Below, in pieces: positions 28,674 to 39,145 of a stretch of 64,000 bases of DNA. Each line of letters begins with the position of its first letter. Position 1 is the stretch's first letter. The notes beneath the pieces are model-generated. The model did no database searches. It was not told the origin of the DNA and worked only from the letters and a program-made list of their open reading frames with translations. The DNA comes from a virus, in IMG/VR virus record IMGVR_UViG_3300030049_000007; one strand, written 5' to 3'. The translations under genes were made by a program, and so were the position numbers.

Positions 28674-30262
28674 CTTAAAGAAGTCTGTCTGGATTTCTGT
28701 TTATTTTGTATCGCTTCTTGTAGGACATTTTCTGATGGAGCTATAATAAGAATTTTATTTTTAGCTCTTGTAATAGCTGTATAAATTAAATTTCTATTCA
28801 AAATACTGCTCTCATTCACAAATAGAACAACTTTATTATACTCTGAGCCCTGTGATTTGTGAACCGTAATCGCATAAGATAATTCAAGCTGCCATAATAA
28901 AGAATGTGAATATTCAATAATTTTATCTTTATATTCAACTCTAATTATACTTAAATTACTATTAATAATTACACCACATTCTCCATTAGATATACCCAAA
29001 TCTTTATTATTTTTTACATGAATAACATGATCTCCGGTATGAAATCCATCAATCTTACTAGGATTTAAAATGTTCTGAGCTATCTTATTTATGATAGTCG
29101 AACCTTTTTCCTTAAGCACAGAAAGATACTGGGCATCACGCCATTCTGGGTGTTGGCAAATTTTAGATGCTATTCTTTCTAGATCCCATCTTTTAGGAAA
29201 ATAAGATAATACCTGATGGTCACTTCCGTAGACGAGATTATTACCAGCGTGAATATTATGTGCTGACTTAATGATCGATCCAGGTGATTGCCTCATGATT
29301 ATATCTAAATGGTAACTCAATCCGATCCTTGAGTCAAGAACACACTTAAGAACCTCACCTGGACCAATTGAAGGCAACTGATTTGGATCTCCGACAAGCA
29401 AAAGACAACATCCTTCACCTATTCCATTAGAAACCCATCCTGCAATCTCAGCATCAAGCATCGATGTTTCATCAATAATAACAATCTTATTTTCAATAAT
29501 ATTAACATAACCATTAGGATTAAAGAAAAAACTATGTAGAGTAGATGCGGGTATTCCACATAGTTCAGACATTCGAGAGGCCGCCTTACCAGTAGGAGCT
29601 AGTAAAACTACATTGTCAGAGCCGAAAGATTCGACTATTGCTCTAACCGTTGTAGTTTTACCAGTTCCCGGTAAGCCAGTTAAAATTACAAGTTTATTAT
29701 ACTCAAGTGCATCAACGACGTTCTTTTGGTCATTATTTAATTCTTCATATAAAAATGAATAGTCTTTCCTAAATCCTGTAAAATAACCATTTTGTTTTGC
29801 CAAGTTCTTTAACAACTCTGCAAAACTTCTCTCAGAATTATAATATTTCGAAAGAAAGTAATTGCCTTTATCGCTTACAAAAAGCAGTCCCTCATTTTGT
29901 AATGAATTGATTGCTTTTTGTTTTACATAGTCTGTGAAGTTGCAGCTTTTAATAAATGAATTTATTTGCCATTCTTTTCCATAAGTATGTCCCTGACTAG
30001 CAATACGATCGAGAGCAGCTTGTAAATAAGTTTTACCTTTTTCTACTTCATCATCTATATGAAATTTTTCTGCAAGTTGTTCACATAGCTTTAAACTAAA
30101 TCCATTTTCAATATTATAGAGACACCATGGATTCATTTTAACTAATATTAACATTCTTTCTAATTGAAGTTCGTCATAATTATCTAAAACATATAGTGGA
30201 ATTCCTAATTCTCGAAGTTGTAATTGATAATTAAATAACTTAGTCTTTAATGCTGCAATCAT
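28655..30262 (-). CDS. RecD-like SF1B helicase
   Basis: GLPGTGKTT, APTGKAA, IDETSM, GDPNQLPSI, RQ, YAITVHKSQGSEY, YTAITRA. Confidence 0.92.
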   Translation of the reverse strand: MIAALKTKLFNYQLQLRELGIPLYVLDNYDELQLERMLILVKMNPWCLYNIENGFSLKLCEQLAEKFHIDDEVEKGKTYLQAALDRIASQGHTYGKEWQINSFIKSCNFTDYVKQKAINSLQNEGLLFVSDKGNYFLSKYYNSERSFAELLKNLAKQNGYFTGFRKDYSFLYEELNNDQKNVVDALEYNKLVILTGLPGTGKTTTVRAIVESFGSDNVVLLAPTGKAASRMSELCGIPASTLHSFFFNPNGYVNIIENKIVIIDETSMLDAEIAGWVSNGIGEGCCLLLVGDPNQLPSIGPGEVLKCVLDSRIGLSYHLDIIMRQSPGSIIKSAHNIHAGNNLVYGSDHQVLSYFPKRWDLERIASKICQHPEWRDAQYLSVLKEKGSTIINKIAQNILNPSKIDGFHTGDHVIHVKNNKDLGISNGECGVIINSNLSIIRVEYKDKIIEYSHSLLWQLELSYAITVHKSQGSEYNKVVLFVNESSILNRNLIYTAITRAKNKILIIAPSENVLQEAIQNKQKSRQTSLRWLLEK

Positions 30263-30417
30263 TAGTCTTTCTTAGTTCTATTTGATCCTTGATTAGATTG
30301 TAGAGGATTTTCCAAGATTCTTTATCTAGATCAGCGTTTGATATAAGTTTTTCACATTTTTTACAACCTTCTATATTGATAGCAAGTCTTCCTATTTCTT
30401 TCCAATCATACATTTTA

Positions 30418-31101
30418 CTAAAGTCCTAAATCCTTATACTTCTTAGCTGCTTCCATAACTCTCATAGGATAAGCAAGATTAGGAACTCCAACTCGCTTAT
30501 CCTTTTTACCGTAAAGTTCATCCGTGTTCTCCTTTCCCCAGAAGTAAGAATGTAAAGTCATAGTCCAATCATCAATCTTTTCCATACCCGCTTCTATATG
30601 TCCAGCATGAAGATCTGTAAGAATAGAAATACCAATAATCGAATTCACAATAGGATCATATAGAATATTGGGATTATATTCAATACGTTCATTTCGTAAA
30701 TAAGGACGAGCATATTGAGGGAGAATTTGCATTAATCCCTTAGCATTACAACTAGAAGTAATAGAAGTGGTCCATTGACTTTCCACTTCAATCAATCCAC
30801 AAATCATAGATAATTGAATATTCCTAAGATAACATAAATCATAAATAGTATCTCGCAGTTTTACTTTCTGCTCTACAGGAATATTCATATTAGAATCAAT
30901 AACTTTCAATAATACATTCTTGCGATTACTTTCAGTATAATTAGCAAGAACCAATTGATTATTCTTATCGATCCTTTCCATTTTATTATATAGTTTCAGG
31001 CCGCCAAATACCGCTGTCCCAGCAATGGCCAGTACGATTATCGTATTAGAAATATATGGAATAAGATGATTACCAATATTAATTATTTTCTGATCAGTCA
31101 T
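30418..31101 (-). CDS. Lytic transglycosylase (SLT domain) with N-terminal transmembrane anchor
   Basis: IEVES...AKGLMQI; hydrophobic IIVLAIAGTAVFGG. Confidence 0.8.
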   Translation of the reverse strand: MTDQKIINIGNHLIPYISNTIIVLAIAGTAVFGGLKLYNKMERIDKNNQLVLANYTESNRKNVLLKVIDSNMNIPVEQKVKLRDTIYDLCYLRNIQLSMICGLIEVESQWTTSITSSCNAKGLMQILPQYARPYLRNERIEYNPNILYDPIVNSIIGISILTDLHAGHIEAGMEKIDDWTMTLHSYFWGKENTDELYGKKDKRVGVPNLAYPMRVMEAAKKYKDLGL

Positions 31102-31127
31102 TCACTATCCTCCTTAACCTTAATAAA

Positions 31128-31158
31128 TGACTGCCCTTCAGAAAGTAAAGGGCAGTCA
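31128..31158 (-). terminator. Strong hairpin just upstream of the SLT gene RBS
   Basis: TGACTGCCCTT / AAGGGCAGTCA 11-bp stem. Confidence 0.6.
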
Positions 31159-31245
31159 CTAAAACGGTTATCATAAATAATTACGGATCCGCCGGGAGAG
31201 CGCATCCAAACTTTTCCTTCTTTTTTGAATACTACGTATTCAAAA

Positions 31246-32913
31246 CTACCTGTCTTCTCCATTACAACTCTCCAATTTAAATTTGTTCATATTAAAAATA
31301 TTTAAGTTAGGAATTTTTAATTGACCAAGATCACCAACATAAGAACCGAAATACTGTATTACATTACTTTCGGCTGCATAGAAAGTAATATACTTCTCCA
31401 ATTCATTCTTATCAATAATCTCCATGCGATCTAATGTGAATAGATTGCAATTTGTAAACATATCTTTAAGAATAGCGGTGCAGATTCGGAGCTTCATACT
31501 GTCTGCTAATCTACGAATCGGCAAACCCTGAAAGAATAGGCCATCCTTAGATAATGATATTCCCTTTAATCCTATTGTCAACCTTCCAGGGATTACCTCT
31601 TTCAATAACTTATTCAGTTTCTCAAGAGAAAGATTTAATTCCTCTTGACGCTTTCTAGCTTCATCAACTCCTGTGATAGTTCCAATATCTTTAGCTAACC
31701 TAGCCTTATATAATTCATCTTTCATCTGAACTAACTTGGCTTCAGTTTCAGTAATATCAATTGGATCTGCTTCGAAAATCTCAAGTTCCTTCAAAATACT
31801 TTCAGCTCTATCAAGTTCAAGTTGTTTTCGCTTTAAGTCTTTGGCAGTTTCAATATCTTGCTTAAGCTTTTCAGATTTAGTTTTTAATTCAGTAACATTA
31901 GTAAATTTAATTTTACCATTATCAGTTAAAGTCTTTTCGGACTTTTCAAGCTTTTGTTTATAAGGTTTCATATCTGTAGTGCATTTAATCAATCCACTGA
32001 TGGGACAATTAATTTCGCCACTACTGAGTTTACTTAAAGTTGCCTTGATATTAGAAACTTCACTCCTATCCTTAGCCAGTTCTACCTCTAACGTAGAAAC
32101 TTGTTTATTAATCTCTTCTAATTCTTTAATAGAATTATCAAGATTTTCTAATACACTCTTACCATCTTCTAATTCTTTCTTAATAATTTTTACGTTTTCT
32201 TCAGTCTTAGTTTTAATATCAATATTTTTCTTACCAATATCAATTCGAATGTTTGTATCTTTAGCTTTTCGTAAATCTGCCTCGGTATTATTAACGAGAT
32301 CTTCCATAAACTTTAATTCTTCTTCGGTTACTTGTTTAATAATTTGAGCCCCAGCAGTTTTAGCATCAAAATCTTTTACAATAGCATTAACACCAGTACG
32401 TTCTTTATATAATCCATCGTAATGTTTTTGGATTGCATTAACTGGATTTTCCGCTAAATCCACTTTTTCCAATCCATATAATTTAATTTCTTCGCTAGTT
32501 AACTTCACTCGTTTACTAATAGTAGAAGAGATAAATTCGTTCAAATCTTTAGGTTTCATATTAATCATATCTGTTGGGCTAAATAGAAATGGATTATAAG
32601 TTTTATTTAAAACATCTTGAGGTTTATTAAGCGGCTTCTCATCGGGTCCATACAAATAAAGCTTACTGGATCCACCACGAGTTAAACGGCGCTCGATTCG
32701 TGACTGGTTATTTGATACCAAAATAACCTCACAGGTAGCGGTTCCATTTCTCACAAGAAACTCATCATTTCCACCAATCACAGCCCACTGAATGGCCTGT
32801 AGAATACTGCTCTTGCCCTGATGAGATTTACCCTGAAACATGTTAAATTTCTTACAATCAAACTGAATATTTTCAATTGGTCCGAAGTTATTAATAATGA
32901 CTGACTTAATCAT
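31246..32913 (-). CDS. SbcC/Rad50-like ABC ATPase with coiled coil and zinc-hook-like motif
   Basis: IINNFG, GKSHQGKSS, CPISGLIKC, LDRME. Confidence 0.82.
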   Translation of the reverse strand: MIKSVIINNFGPIENIQFDCKKFNMFQGKSHQGKSSILQAIQWAVIGGNDEFLVRNGTATCEVILVSNNQSRIERRLTRGGSSKLYLYGPDEKPLNKPQDVLNKTYNPFLFSPTDMINMKPKDLNEFISSTISKRVKLTSEEIKLYGLEKVDLAENPVNAIQKHYDGLYKERTGVNAIVKDFDAKTAGAQIIKQVTEEELKFMEDLVNNTEADLRKAKDTNIRIDIGKKNIDIKTKTEENVKIIKKELEDGKSVLENLDNSIKELEEINKQVSTLEVELAKDRSEVSNIKATLSKLSSGEINCPISGLIKCTTDMKPYKQKLEKSEKTLTDNGKIKFTNVTELKTKSEKLKQDIETAKDLKRKQLELDRAESILKELEIFEADPIDITETEAKLVQMKDELYKARLAKDIGTITGVDEARKRQEELNLSLEKLNKLLKEVIPGRLTIGLKGISLSKDGLFFQGLPIRRLADSMKLRICTAILKDMFTNCNLFTLDRMEIIDKNELEKYITFYAAESNVIQYFGSYVGDLGQLKIPNLNIFNMNKFKLESCNGEDR

Positions 32914-35900
32914 TTTTTATCCTATCATATGTATCCATTAGTTTCTCATAGTCTATAGCTATAGCGGTAATTGGTTTATTCCAATCAATTTTATTTTTAT
33001 CGTTTGGAATTGGATAATGTTTAAGTTTACCATCTGAGGTAGTTTCAATAATTCCACTTTCTTTTAAATCTTCTGTAAATTTTCCAATAATAATAGGAAG
33101 ACTATTATCAATCTGCATATTCATACATTTAATAACTGAATTAGCAGAAACAATTAAAAGTTTACGTCCACCGGGACCATTTTGAGTTGGTGGGTAAGTA
33201 ATATCCTTAATTGGATAGTTTGGAAAATTACGTTTAGGATCTTGCCATCTTTCATTATTATAAACTCTAATTCCAATAGTTTCGCTATTAATAATCTGAC
33301 ACAACATGTCAATAACTTTATAAGTTGAAGATTGTTTTTCAATACGCACAATTTGATTTTTAATCTGAGTCTTCCAATATTTTACGAATTTCTCAAAAGT
33401 TTCATCAATTTCAATACTAGTAGCAACTCCCTCGGTTTTCATAAATTCACAAATTTGTTCGAATGAACTTACTAATCTAGAAACCATATCTGATGGTCGT
33501 TCAGCATTATTTTTATTATCTTTAAGAATTTCTACAAATACATTTTTCCATTTTCTTAAAGATGTTGAATAAGGAACAATTCCACGTTTCTGAGCCCAAG
33601 CAATTAACCGTGGAGTAATACCTCTCATCAGATCTAGATTAATAATGCTATCATTATAAAAATTAATCATTTTACGATAATGAACTTCTCGTTCTGCCGA
33701 TATTTCTTTTGTGCATCTACGAATACGTAAAGTAAGCATTCGAGCGGCAATGGATTCTGGAACATTTTCATTTTCTGATTCTGAAGTAATAATGGCAGAA
33801 CAAGTTAACTTATTTCCACCCTTAATCTTCGTAGCAGAAGAATCCATTCTAGTTCTAGTAGTTCCACCATAAAGTTTATGAATGAATTTATCAAATTCAT
33901 CACTTGCCATTTCTTCAAGTTTTAAATCATCAATACAATGAGTCATATTTCCAATTTTCATTAATTGATGTTCGAGAGATAATGAAGTTCCATTCCATCC
34001 AAGTAAATCATTGCCAGCTTTAAATTTACCGAGTAAAGACATAGCCATAATAGCTGCGGTAGTTTTATATGCTCCACTCTGGCCAGCAAGATAAATTGGA
34101 AATCCATGATCGTTTTCAACAATACCAATACCTTGTAATTCTCTGGTACAGGAATCGAAAACTAAACTAATTAAACTATCAATAACATTAGAATCATGAA
34201 CATGACGTAAATCATACCAAAAAATATCTAATGCTCTCTTGTAATCTTCCTCATTTAAAACTTCTAATTCAAATGGAAGATTATTAACCACAGCATCTCT
34301 ACCGAACAAATTAACATCAAAATTTTCATTTTGTTTAATTATTCCATTAATAATAGATACTTTAGGAAATAAACAAAATAATTCAGTTTTAAAATAAGTC
34401 ATACAAAAATCTTGAAATGGTCTACCTAAACATGGAAATACATAAGATTTATTACCTACAGGAATACTACTCATTAAACTTGTAATTTTATCAAACTTAC
34501 CATTTCTAAGATCGTTGTTGTAATAAACCAAATCTGTTAAACTAGCCTTAGTAGCTAGAAAAGCTTTCATTTTCTTAAGATCAACAATATCATCTGATAT
34601 TATTTCACCAGATCCTGCACTTTTACCATTAATAACAATTTCTACGGTATAGTACTTTTCAGACGTATTATCATTATAATTGTAATAAGTTATTTCATCA
34701 TTAATTCTCATATAAAAATTAGTAGCTTTGTAATTTACTTTTGACCCATCATCATTAATTTTAGTTTCTATAATATGCCCTAAAGCATCAATTGAGAAAT
34801 TCTCAATCATAACCTCTCTTTGATGAGAGGTAATATTATTTTCAATATCTTCACTGATTGCGAACTCTCTCTTAACTAATTCTTTAAAAACTTCTCTTTG
34901 TGAATATTGTAGAATTTCAGAAATGAATAATACATATTTAACCTGAACCTCTCGTCTATTATCTTCATTTTTAATACTAGCACAAAACTTTTTAATAGCT
35001 TCAATCGCATATCTTGAGAGACTAATTTGTTCAATCGAAGATATAGTTTCCAATTGATAATCATTATATTTAAGATAATCTTCCAAATCAAATTTAGCTT
35101 TTACGTATGAGAGTTTACCCCAATCCGTAATTAATAAATCATCTGAATTCATTTCCCTAGCTACTCTAGCGCAGGTTCTTACGATCGGATGATTTTTAGG
35201 AGCTACGTCTTCATCTACCTCAGAAATATCATAATCAGGTAGATATAAAACCTTATTGATCTGATCCTTAAAGATAGTTGCAGAACCACCTTTAGATCCC
35301 ATTGCAAAAATAATATTTAATGAGTCATTAAATTTCTTTTCGAAATCAGGATCGTTACATTTTTTTAAATGTCTATATACTGCTATAGCATAAGCTACGA
35401 GATTCATTTCTCCTTCAACTAGTATGTTTCTACGAGTTTGTGGACGAAATTTAAATCTCTGACCATTATAAAAACAAACGTGACCTACAGGAATCCATTC
35501 AGCAAAATCCTTTACATCTAATTGACGAAAACGTAAACCACATAATGCTCCGTCAACATTATATAAAGGATATACTAAACCATTATCCTCTAGATCTTTT
35601 CTATATATATTAAGTTCTTTATTATCATTTCCTTTTCTTAAAATTCCCTGACCTTTAAGAATATTAAATACTACATCATACTTTGGAACAATACCTAATT
35701 TCATAGGTTTAATAAAATCTGCTTCAAATGGAATATTTCTATTTTCAAAAAATTTTACAATTCCAATAGGACGCCTAGATGGATTATTAATTAAAAAATC
35801 CATATTATTTTCACAGGCTTCCCAGACTTCTTTAATTTTAGAACCAAGATTAAAAGGTGTATGTCCAAGTTTCTCAATACCTTTTTTCTTAATATTTTCT

Positions 35901-36244
35901 GGCCATTGTACTTGAGCAAGATCACATGCCATTTGCAAGGCATGAGCAAAATTAATAGCTCCACCACATTTCTGTAATATATCAAGGACATTATAAGACT
36001 TTCCAGCCTTTTCAGATCCTTCGTTTTTATCGGTGAAATCGGTGAGAAGATTTTTATCAGGAACATAACATAAACTTGGACTATTATCTTCGCGCCAAGA
36101 GATTTTAGCTCTCGGCCTTGACTCCACTCTTACAAATTCTTCTCCAGTTAATTTTGTGTAAAGTTGATCAATCGGAATTTTTGATTTTACACTTTCCACA
36201 AATTTATTAAATTCAGAAGTTACCTTATCTTCTTCGTCTGACAC
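32906..36244 (-). CDS. DNA primase (TOPRIM)-helicase fusion (DUF927-like C-terminal ATPase)
   Basis: EDNSPS, LVEGEMN, PDYD, GQSGAYKTT, IDDL. Confidence 0.75.
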   Translation of the reverse strand: MSDEEDKVTSEFNKFVESVKSKIPIDQLYTKLTGEEFVRVESRPRAKISWREDNSPSLCYVPDKNLLTDFTDKNEGSEKAGKSYNVLDILQKCGGAINFAHALQMACDLAQVQWPENIKKKGIEKLGHTPFNLGSKIKEVWEACENNMDFLINNPSRRPIGIVKFFENRNIPFEADFIKPMKLGIVPKYDVVFNILKGQGILRKGNDNKELNIYRKDLEDNGLVYPLYNVDGALCGLRFRQLDVKDFAEWIPVGHVCFYNGQRFKFRPQTRRNILVEGEMNLVAYAIAVYRHLKKCNDPDFEKKFNDSLNIIFAMGSKGGSATIFKDQINKVLYLPDYDISEVDEDVAPKNHPIVRTCARVAREMNSDDLLITDWGKLSYVKAKFDLEDYLKYNDYQLETISSIEQISLSRYAIEAIKKFCASIKNEDNRREVQVKYVLFISEILQYSQREVFKELVKREFAISEDIENNITSHQREVMIENFSIDALGHIIETKINDDGSKVNYKATNFYMRINDEITYYNYNDNTSEKYYTVEIVINGKSAGSGEIISDDIVDLKKMKAFLATKASLTDLVYYNNDLRNGKFDKITSLMSSIPVGNKSYVFPCLGRPFQDFCMTYFKTELFCLFPKVSIINGIIKQNENFDVNLFGRDAVVNNLPFELEVLNEEDYKRALDIFWYDLRHVHDSNVIDSLISLVFDSCTRELQGIGIVENDHGFPIYLAGQSGAYKTTAAIMAMSLLGKFKAGNDLLGWNGTSLSLEHQLMKIGNMTHCIDDLKLEEMASDEFDKFIHKLYGGTTRTRMDSSATKIKGGNKLTCSAIITSESENENVPESIAARMLTLRIRRCTKEISAEREVHYRKMINFYNDSIINLDLMRGITPRLIAWAQKRGIVPYSTSLRKWKNVFVEILKDNKNNAERPSDMVSRLVSSFEQICEFMKTEGVATSIEIDETFEKFVKYWKTQIKNQIVRIEKQSSTYKVIDMLCQIINSETIGIRVYNNERWQDPKRNFPNYPIKDITYPPTQNGPGGRKLLIVSANSVIKCMNMQIDNSLPIIIGKFTEDLKESGIIETTSDGKLKHYPIPNDKNKIDWNKPITAIAIDYEKLMDTYDRIKND

Positions 36245-36255
36245 TAGGACTCCAA

Positions 36256-38016
36256 TTAAAGTGATTTTGCTTTTTCTAGATAATAATCTTTTAGGAATTT
36301 ATCAAGTTTCTTACGTGATTTTACTGCTGCCCATATTTTACTTTCAATAGTGTTTGATGTGACTAATTTATACTCAGTAACTTCTCTTGTTAAACCACGT
36401 CTATAGTTTCTATCATGCGACTGTGCATAAAACTCATAATTTTCAGTACATGAATAGTAGAATGATGCATTAGATTTTAACCACGTATGGCCGAACATGG
36501 CTGCTTGTGGCATGGCTACCATAATTCTACAACTTTTATCATTTAGCCATCTATCTAGTAATTCATTGCGTTTAGTATCATTTAAACCACCATAAATATA
36601 AGAAGCTATATCCTTATACTTATTATAGATTGTTTCGATTTCCCACCTAAAGGTTGCCCATACTATAATGTTATTGTCATCAGATTCAGCTAAGAACTTA
36701 GTAATAAAGTTATCTAATGCTTCTAGCTTAGCATTCCATGGTAAAGATACTCGATGTATCTTACCATTTTTATCTTCTACTACCGTGAACCCATTCATAA
36801 TCTGCATTAAACGAATTCTGACCGCAACTTCATGTTGAATTCTTAATTTACCATCTATTATTTCTCCATCATCTCCAAAACCTTGTACGGCACTTATATA
36901 ATCTTTCTCTATCTTTTTATAAAGCTTCATATGATCTTCATGAAGATCTACGTTTATAGTAACGAAGCTCCTAAGAGGGAGGTCGTAAACGTCTGAGCGT
37001 TTAATAAAGTAAGAAACAAGATCTATGCGCTTACGAATTTCTTGTTCTGCGTTATATCTTGGGAAATATTTCATAACTGGACCAATTGATCTTTGAGCAC
37101 CATATCTAGATTCAAATTGACTATATGAATCTCCTAGAACTGATCCTAAAGCCTTCATTTGTCCCCAGATTTGGAAAATTGAATTTGGAGCAACAGTTCC
37201 TGATGCTAGAGATATATATTTTGCATATTTACTTATTTTTATAAATGCACGAGTTCTATAAGATGAATGTCCTTTTAATGAAGAAGATTCATCATAGTAA
37301 ATTGCATCAAATTTTTGCATTTCGAAAAAATTATCTTTGATATAACTATGTTCTCCAGTTTTAGTTTTTTCAAAACACCAATTTTGCAGTTTATCATAAT
37401 TAATGAATGATATTTGACCATCGCAAAATAAATTGTCAGGATCTCGTAGATTGAATGGTTTAAAATCGGAAAATTGACGCAAATCTTTAAACCATACATT
37501 ATCATTTAATAACGATAAAGGTGCAAATACTATTGGTTTACGAATTAAACCATCATGTAATAATTTACCTAAAATGAATATACCTATTGGAGTTTTACCA
37601 GTACCTTGCTCAGCAAAACATCCAACCTTCTTTGCTTTTAATGCCCAAAGCACCATACGTTTCTGGTGCATATCAGCTTCGATTTTAGGAAATAAATAAG
37701 GGAAGCTTTGTTCCTCCCACATATCATTAATATCATCTATAGGTAAATTTTTAATACTTGCTGCATCTTTGTACAATTTAATTTCATTACGTAGATTTTC
37801 GATAATTGGTAAAACTCTGTCATCATAAATAATAGTGTGTCCAAGTTTTGTCTTATTAGTCGTAAATAAATCCGATAAATTCCATGGGGACATGTTCATA
37901 TAATAGGAACAGAATTTAGATTTAGTTTCCCATCCAAATAATGAAACGTCCGCATCGGTTTCTATTAAAAATTGATCTGGACGTTTTTCATCCATGGATA
38001 TATTTATTTTAGACAT
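36256..38016 (-). CDS. SNF2-family helicase
   Basis: EQGTGKT, DESS, SGT, FGHT, Q..DRNYRRG. Confidence 0.85.
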   Translation of the reverse strand: MSKINISMDEKRPDQFLIETDADVSLFGWETKSKFCSYYMNMSPWNLSDLFTTNKTKLGHTIIYDDRVLPIIENLRNEIKLYKDAASIKNLPIDDINDMWEEQSFPYLFPKIEADMHQKRMVLWALKAKKVGCFAEQGTGKTPIGIFILGKLLHDGLIRKPIVFAPLSLLNDNVWFKDLRQFSDFKPFNLRDPDNLFCDGQISFINYDKLQNWCFEKTKTGEHSYIKDNFFEMQKFDAIYYDESSSLKGHSSYRTRAFIKISKYAKYISLASGTVAPNSIFQIWGQMKALGSVLGDSYSQFESRYGAQRSIGPVMKYFPRYNAEQEIRKRIDLVSYFIKRSDVYDLPLRSFVTINVDLHEDHMKLYKKIEKDYISAVQGFGDDGEIIDGKLRIQHEVAVRIRLMQIMNGFTVVEDKNGKIHRVSLPWNAKLEALDNFITKFLAESDDNNIIVWATFRWEIETIYNKYKDIASYIYGGLNDTKRNELLDRWLNDKSCRIMVAMPQAAMFGHTWLKSNASFYYSCTENYEFYAQSHDRNYRRGLTREVTEYKLVTSNTIESKIWAAVKSRKKLDKFLKDYYLEKAKSL

Positions 38017-38387
38017 TCAATCCATTTCTCCCGTAAGCCTTCCCAACTAAATGGAATTGCTTTATTCCAATCTACAAATTCCTCTAAATCATAATACATT
38101 AAATATCTTATCTGTTTTTCTAAATAAAGTAACCCAATACACATAGCTCCACTTTTAGCTCGCTCCTCTAAGGTATCTAGCTGTAATTCCTTAAATGGAT
38201 AAAGGTTCCGATAGCTAAAAGTATTAATTAATTTAGCTTCAGCATATACGGGCATTGATTTATATATCGCAAAGATATCCGGCTCACCCTTCATATCGGG
38301 TTTTATTACTTTTTCTATAAACAGTAATTTTCCATACTTATCTTTTTGTTCTTTTATAAATATTTGTGATCCATTAGATTCGCTCAT
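38004..38387 (-). CDS. VRR-NUC/Holliday-junction-resolvase-like PD-(D/E)XK nuclease
   Basis: GEPDI...AEAK...LQ; start moved to MSES because the upstream ATG lies inside a terminator. Confidence 0.7.
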   Translation of the reverse strand: MSESNGSQIFIKEQKDKYGKLLFIEKVIKPDMKGEPDIFAIYKSMPVYAEAKLINTFSYRNLYPFKELQLDTLEERAKSGAMCIGLLYLEKQIRYLMYYDLEEFVDWNKAIPFSWEGLREKWIECLK

Positions 38388-38401
38388 ATACACAGTTAAA
38401 A

Positions 38402-38431
38402 AATAAAGGGTGCGTGATTGCACCCTTTATT
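38402..38431 (-). terminator. Intrinsic terminator
   Basis: AATAAAGGGTGC-GTGATT-GCACCCTTTATT. Confidence 0.7.
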
Positions 38432-38449
38432 GTAGCACGATTCTAGTTC

Positions 38450-39043
38450 TCAGGAAACAGCTACTTCCTGAAGCTCTCGGTTATTCGGTCGTTCTTCAAC
38501 TTCCTTACCGAGTTTCTTATCGAACCACTTCTTTTCAATGGGAGCAACATCCGTAGCCTGCTTCCCATAATAAAGCTTGTCGGGACGATATACCGAAGTT
38601 CGATCAAGACCGGCACAGAAAGCGTTGAACAGAATTCCATTCAACAGTTCCTTTGCGCTTTCGGAATTCTCCATTTCTGAAGATTCCACAAATTGGGCGA
38701 TATTGGTCTTTTGATTATACAGAAATCCAATTTCGAACATTTGGACTTCCATATTGATCGCATCGACCCGCTTCACCCTGATCGTTCCACCACTCATTGT
38801 AGTAGTATTGCGAACAATCTTTAATTCAAAAATTACTTCCTTGTCATTAATGTCACTGGAGCTATACTTATCGATACGTTCCTTAAGAGGTACGATGGTA
38901 AGCTGACCGCCAATGGACTTATTCGGGGTAATGACGGTTCGCAGCGTTACCGGTTCCCCATTGGGGCCAGCAATGATAACTGCTTCTCCGTGCTTCGAAG
39001 TTCCGAAGCCCCGTTCAGTAAGAAAAATGTTTTTAGAAGCCAT
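38450..39043 (-). CDS. Hypothetical protein, first gene after promoter copy 2
   Basis: 197 aa; AAGGA RBS; GC-richer codons. Confidence 0.7.
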   Translation of the reverse strand: MASKNIFLTERGFGTSKHGEAVIIAGPNGEPVTLRTVITPNKSIGGQLTIVPLKERIDKYSSSDINDKEVIFELKIVRNTTTMSGGTIRVKRVDAINMEVQMFEIGFLYNQKTNIAQFVESSEMENSESAKELLNGILFNAFCAGLDRTSVYRPDKLYYGKQATDVAPIEKKWFDKKLGKEVEERPNNRELQEVAVS

Positions 39044-39108
39044 TACAACTTCCTTTCCAAACTACTCTCAAACGAGAGATATTATGGTGAATAGCGATAT
39101 GCATTCAC

Positions 39109-39145
39109 TCCATATATATTATAACAAAAAAGTGGCTTGTTTTGC
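39109..39145 (-). promoter_or_regulatory. Conserved phage promoter, copy 2
   Basis: GCAA-N18-TATAATATATATGGA; overlaps the 3' end of the HNH gene. Confidence 0.7.
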
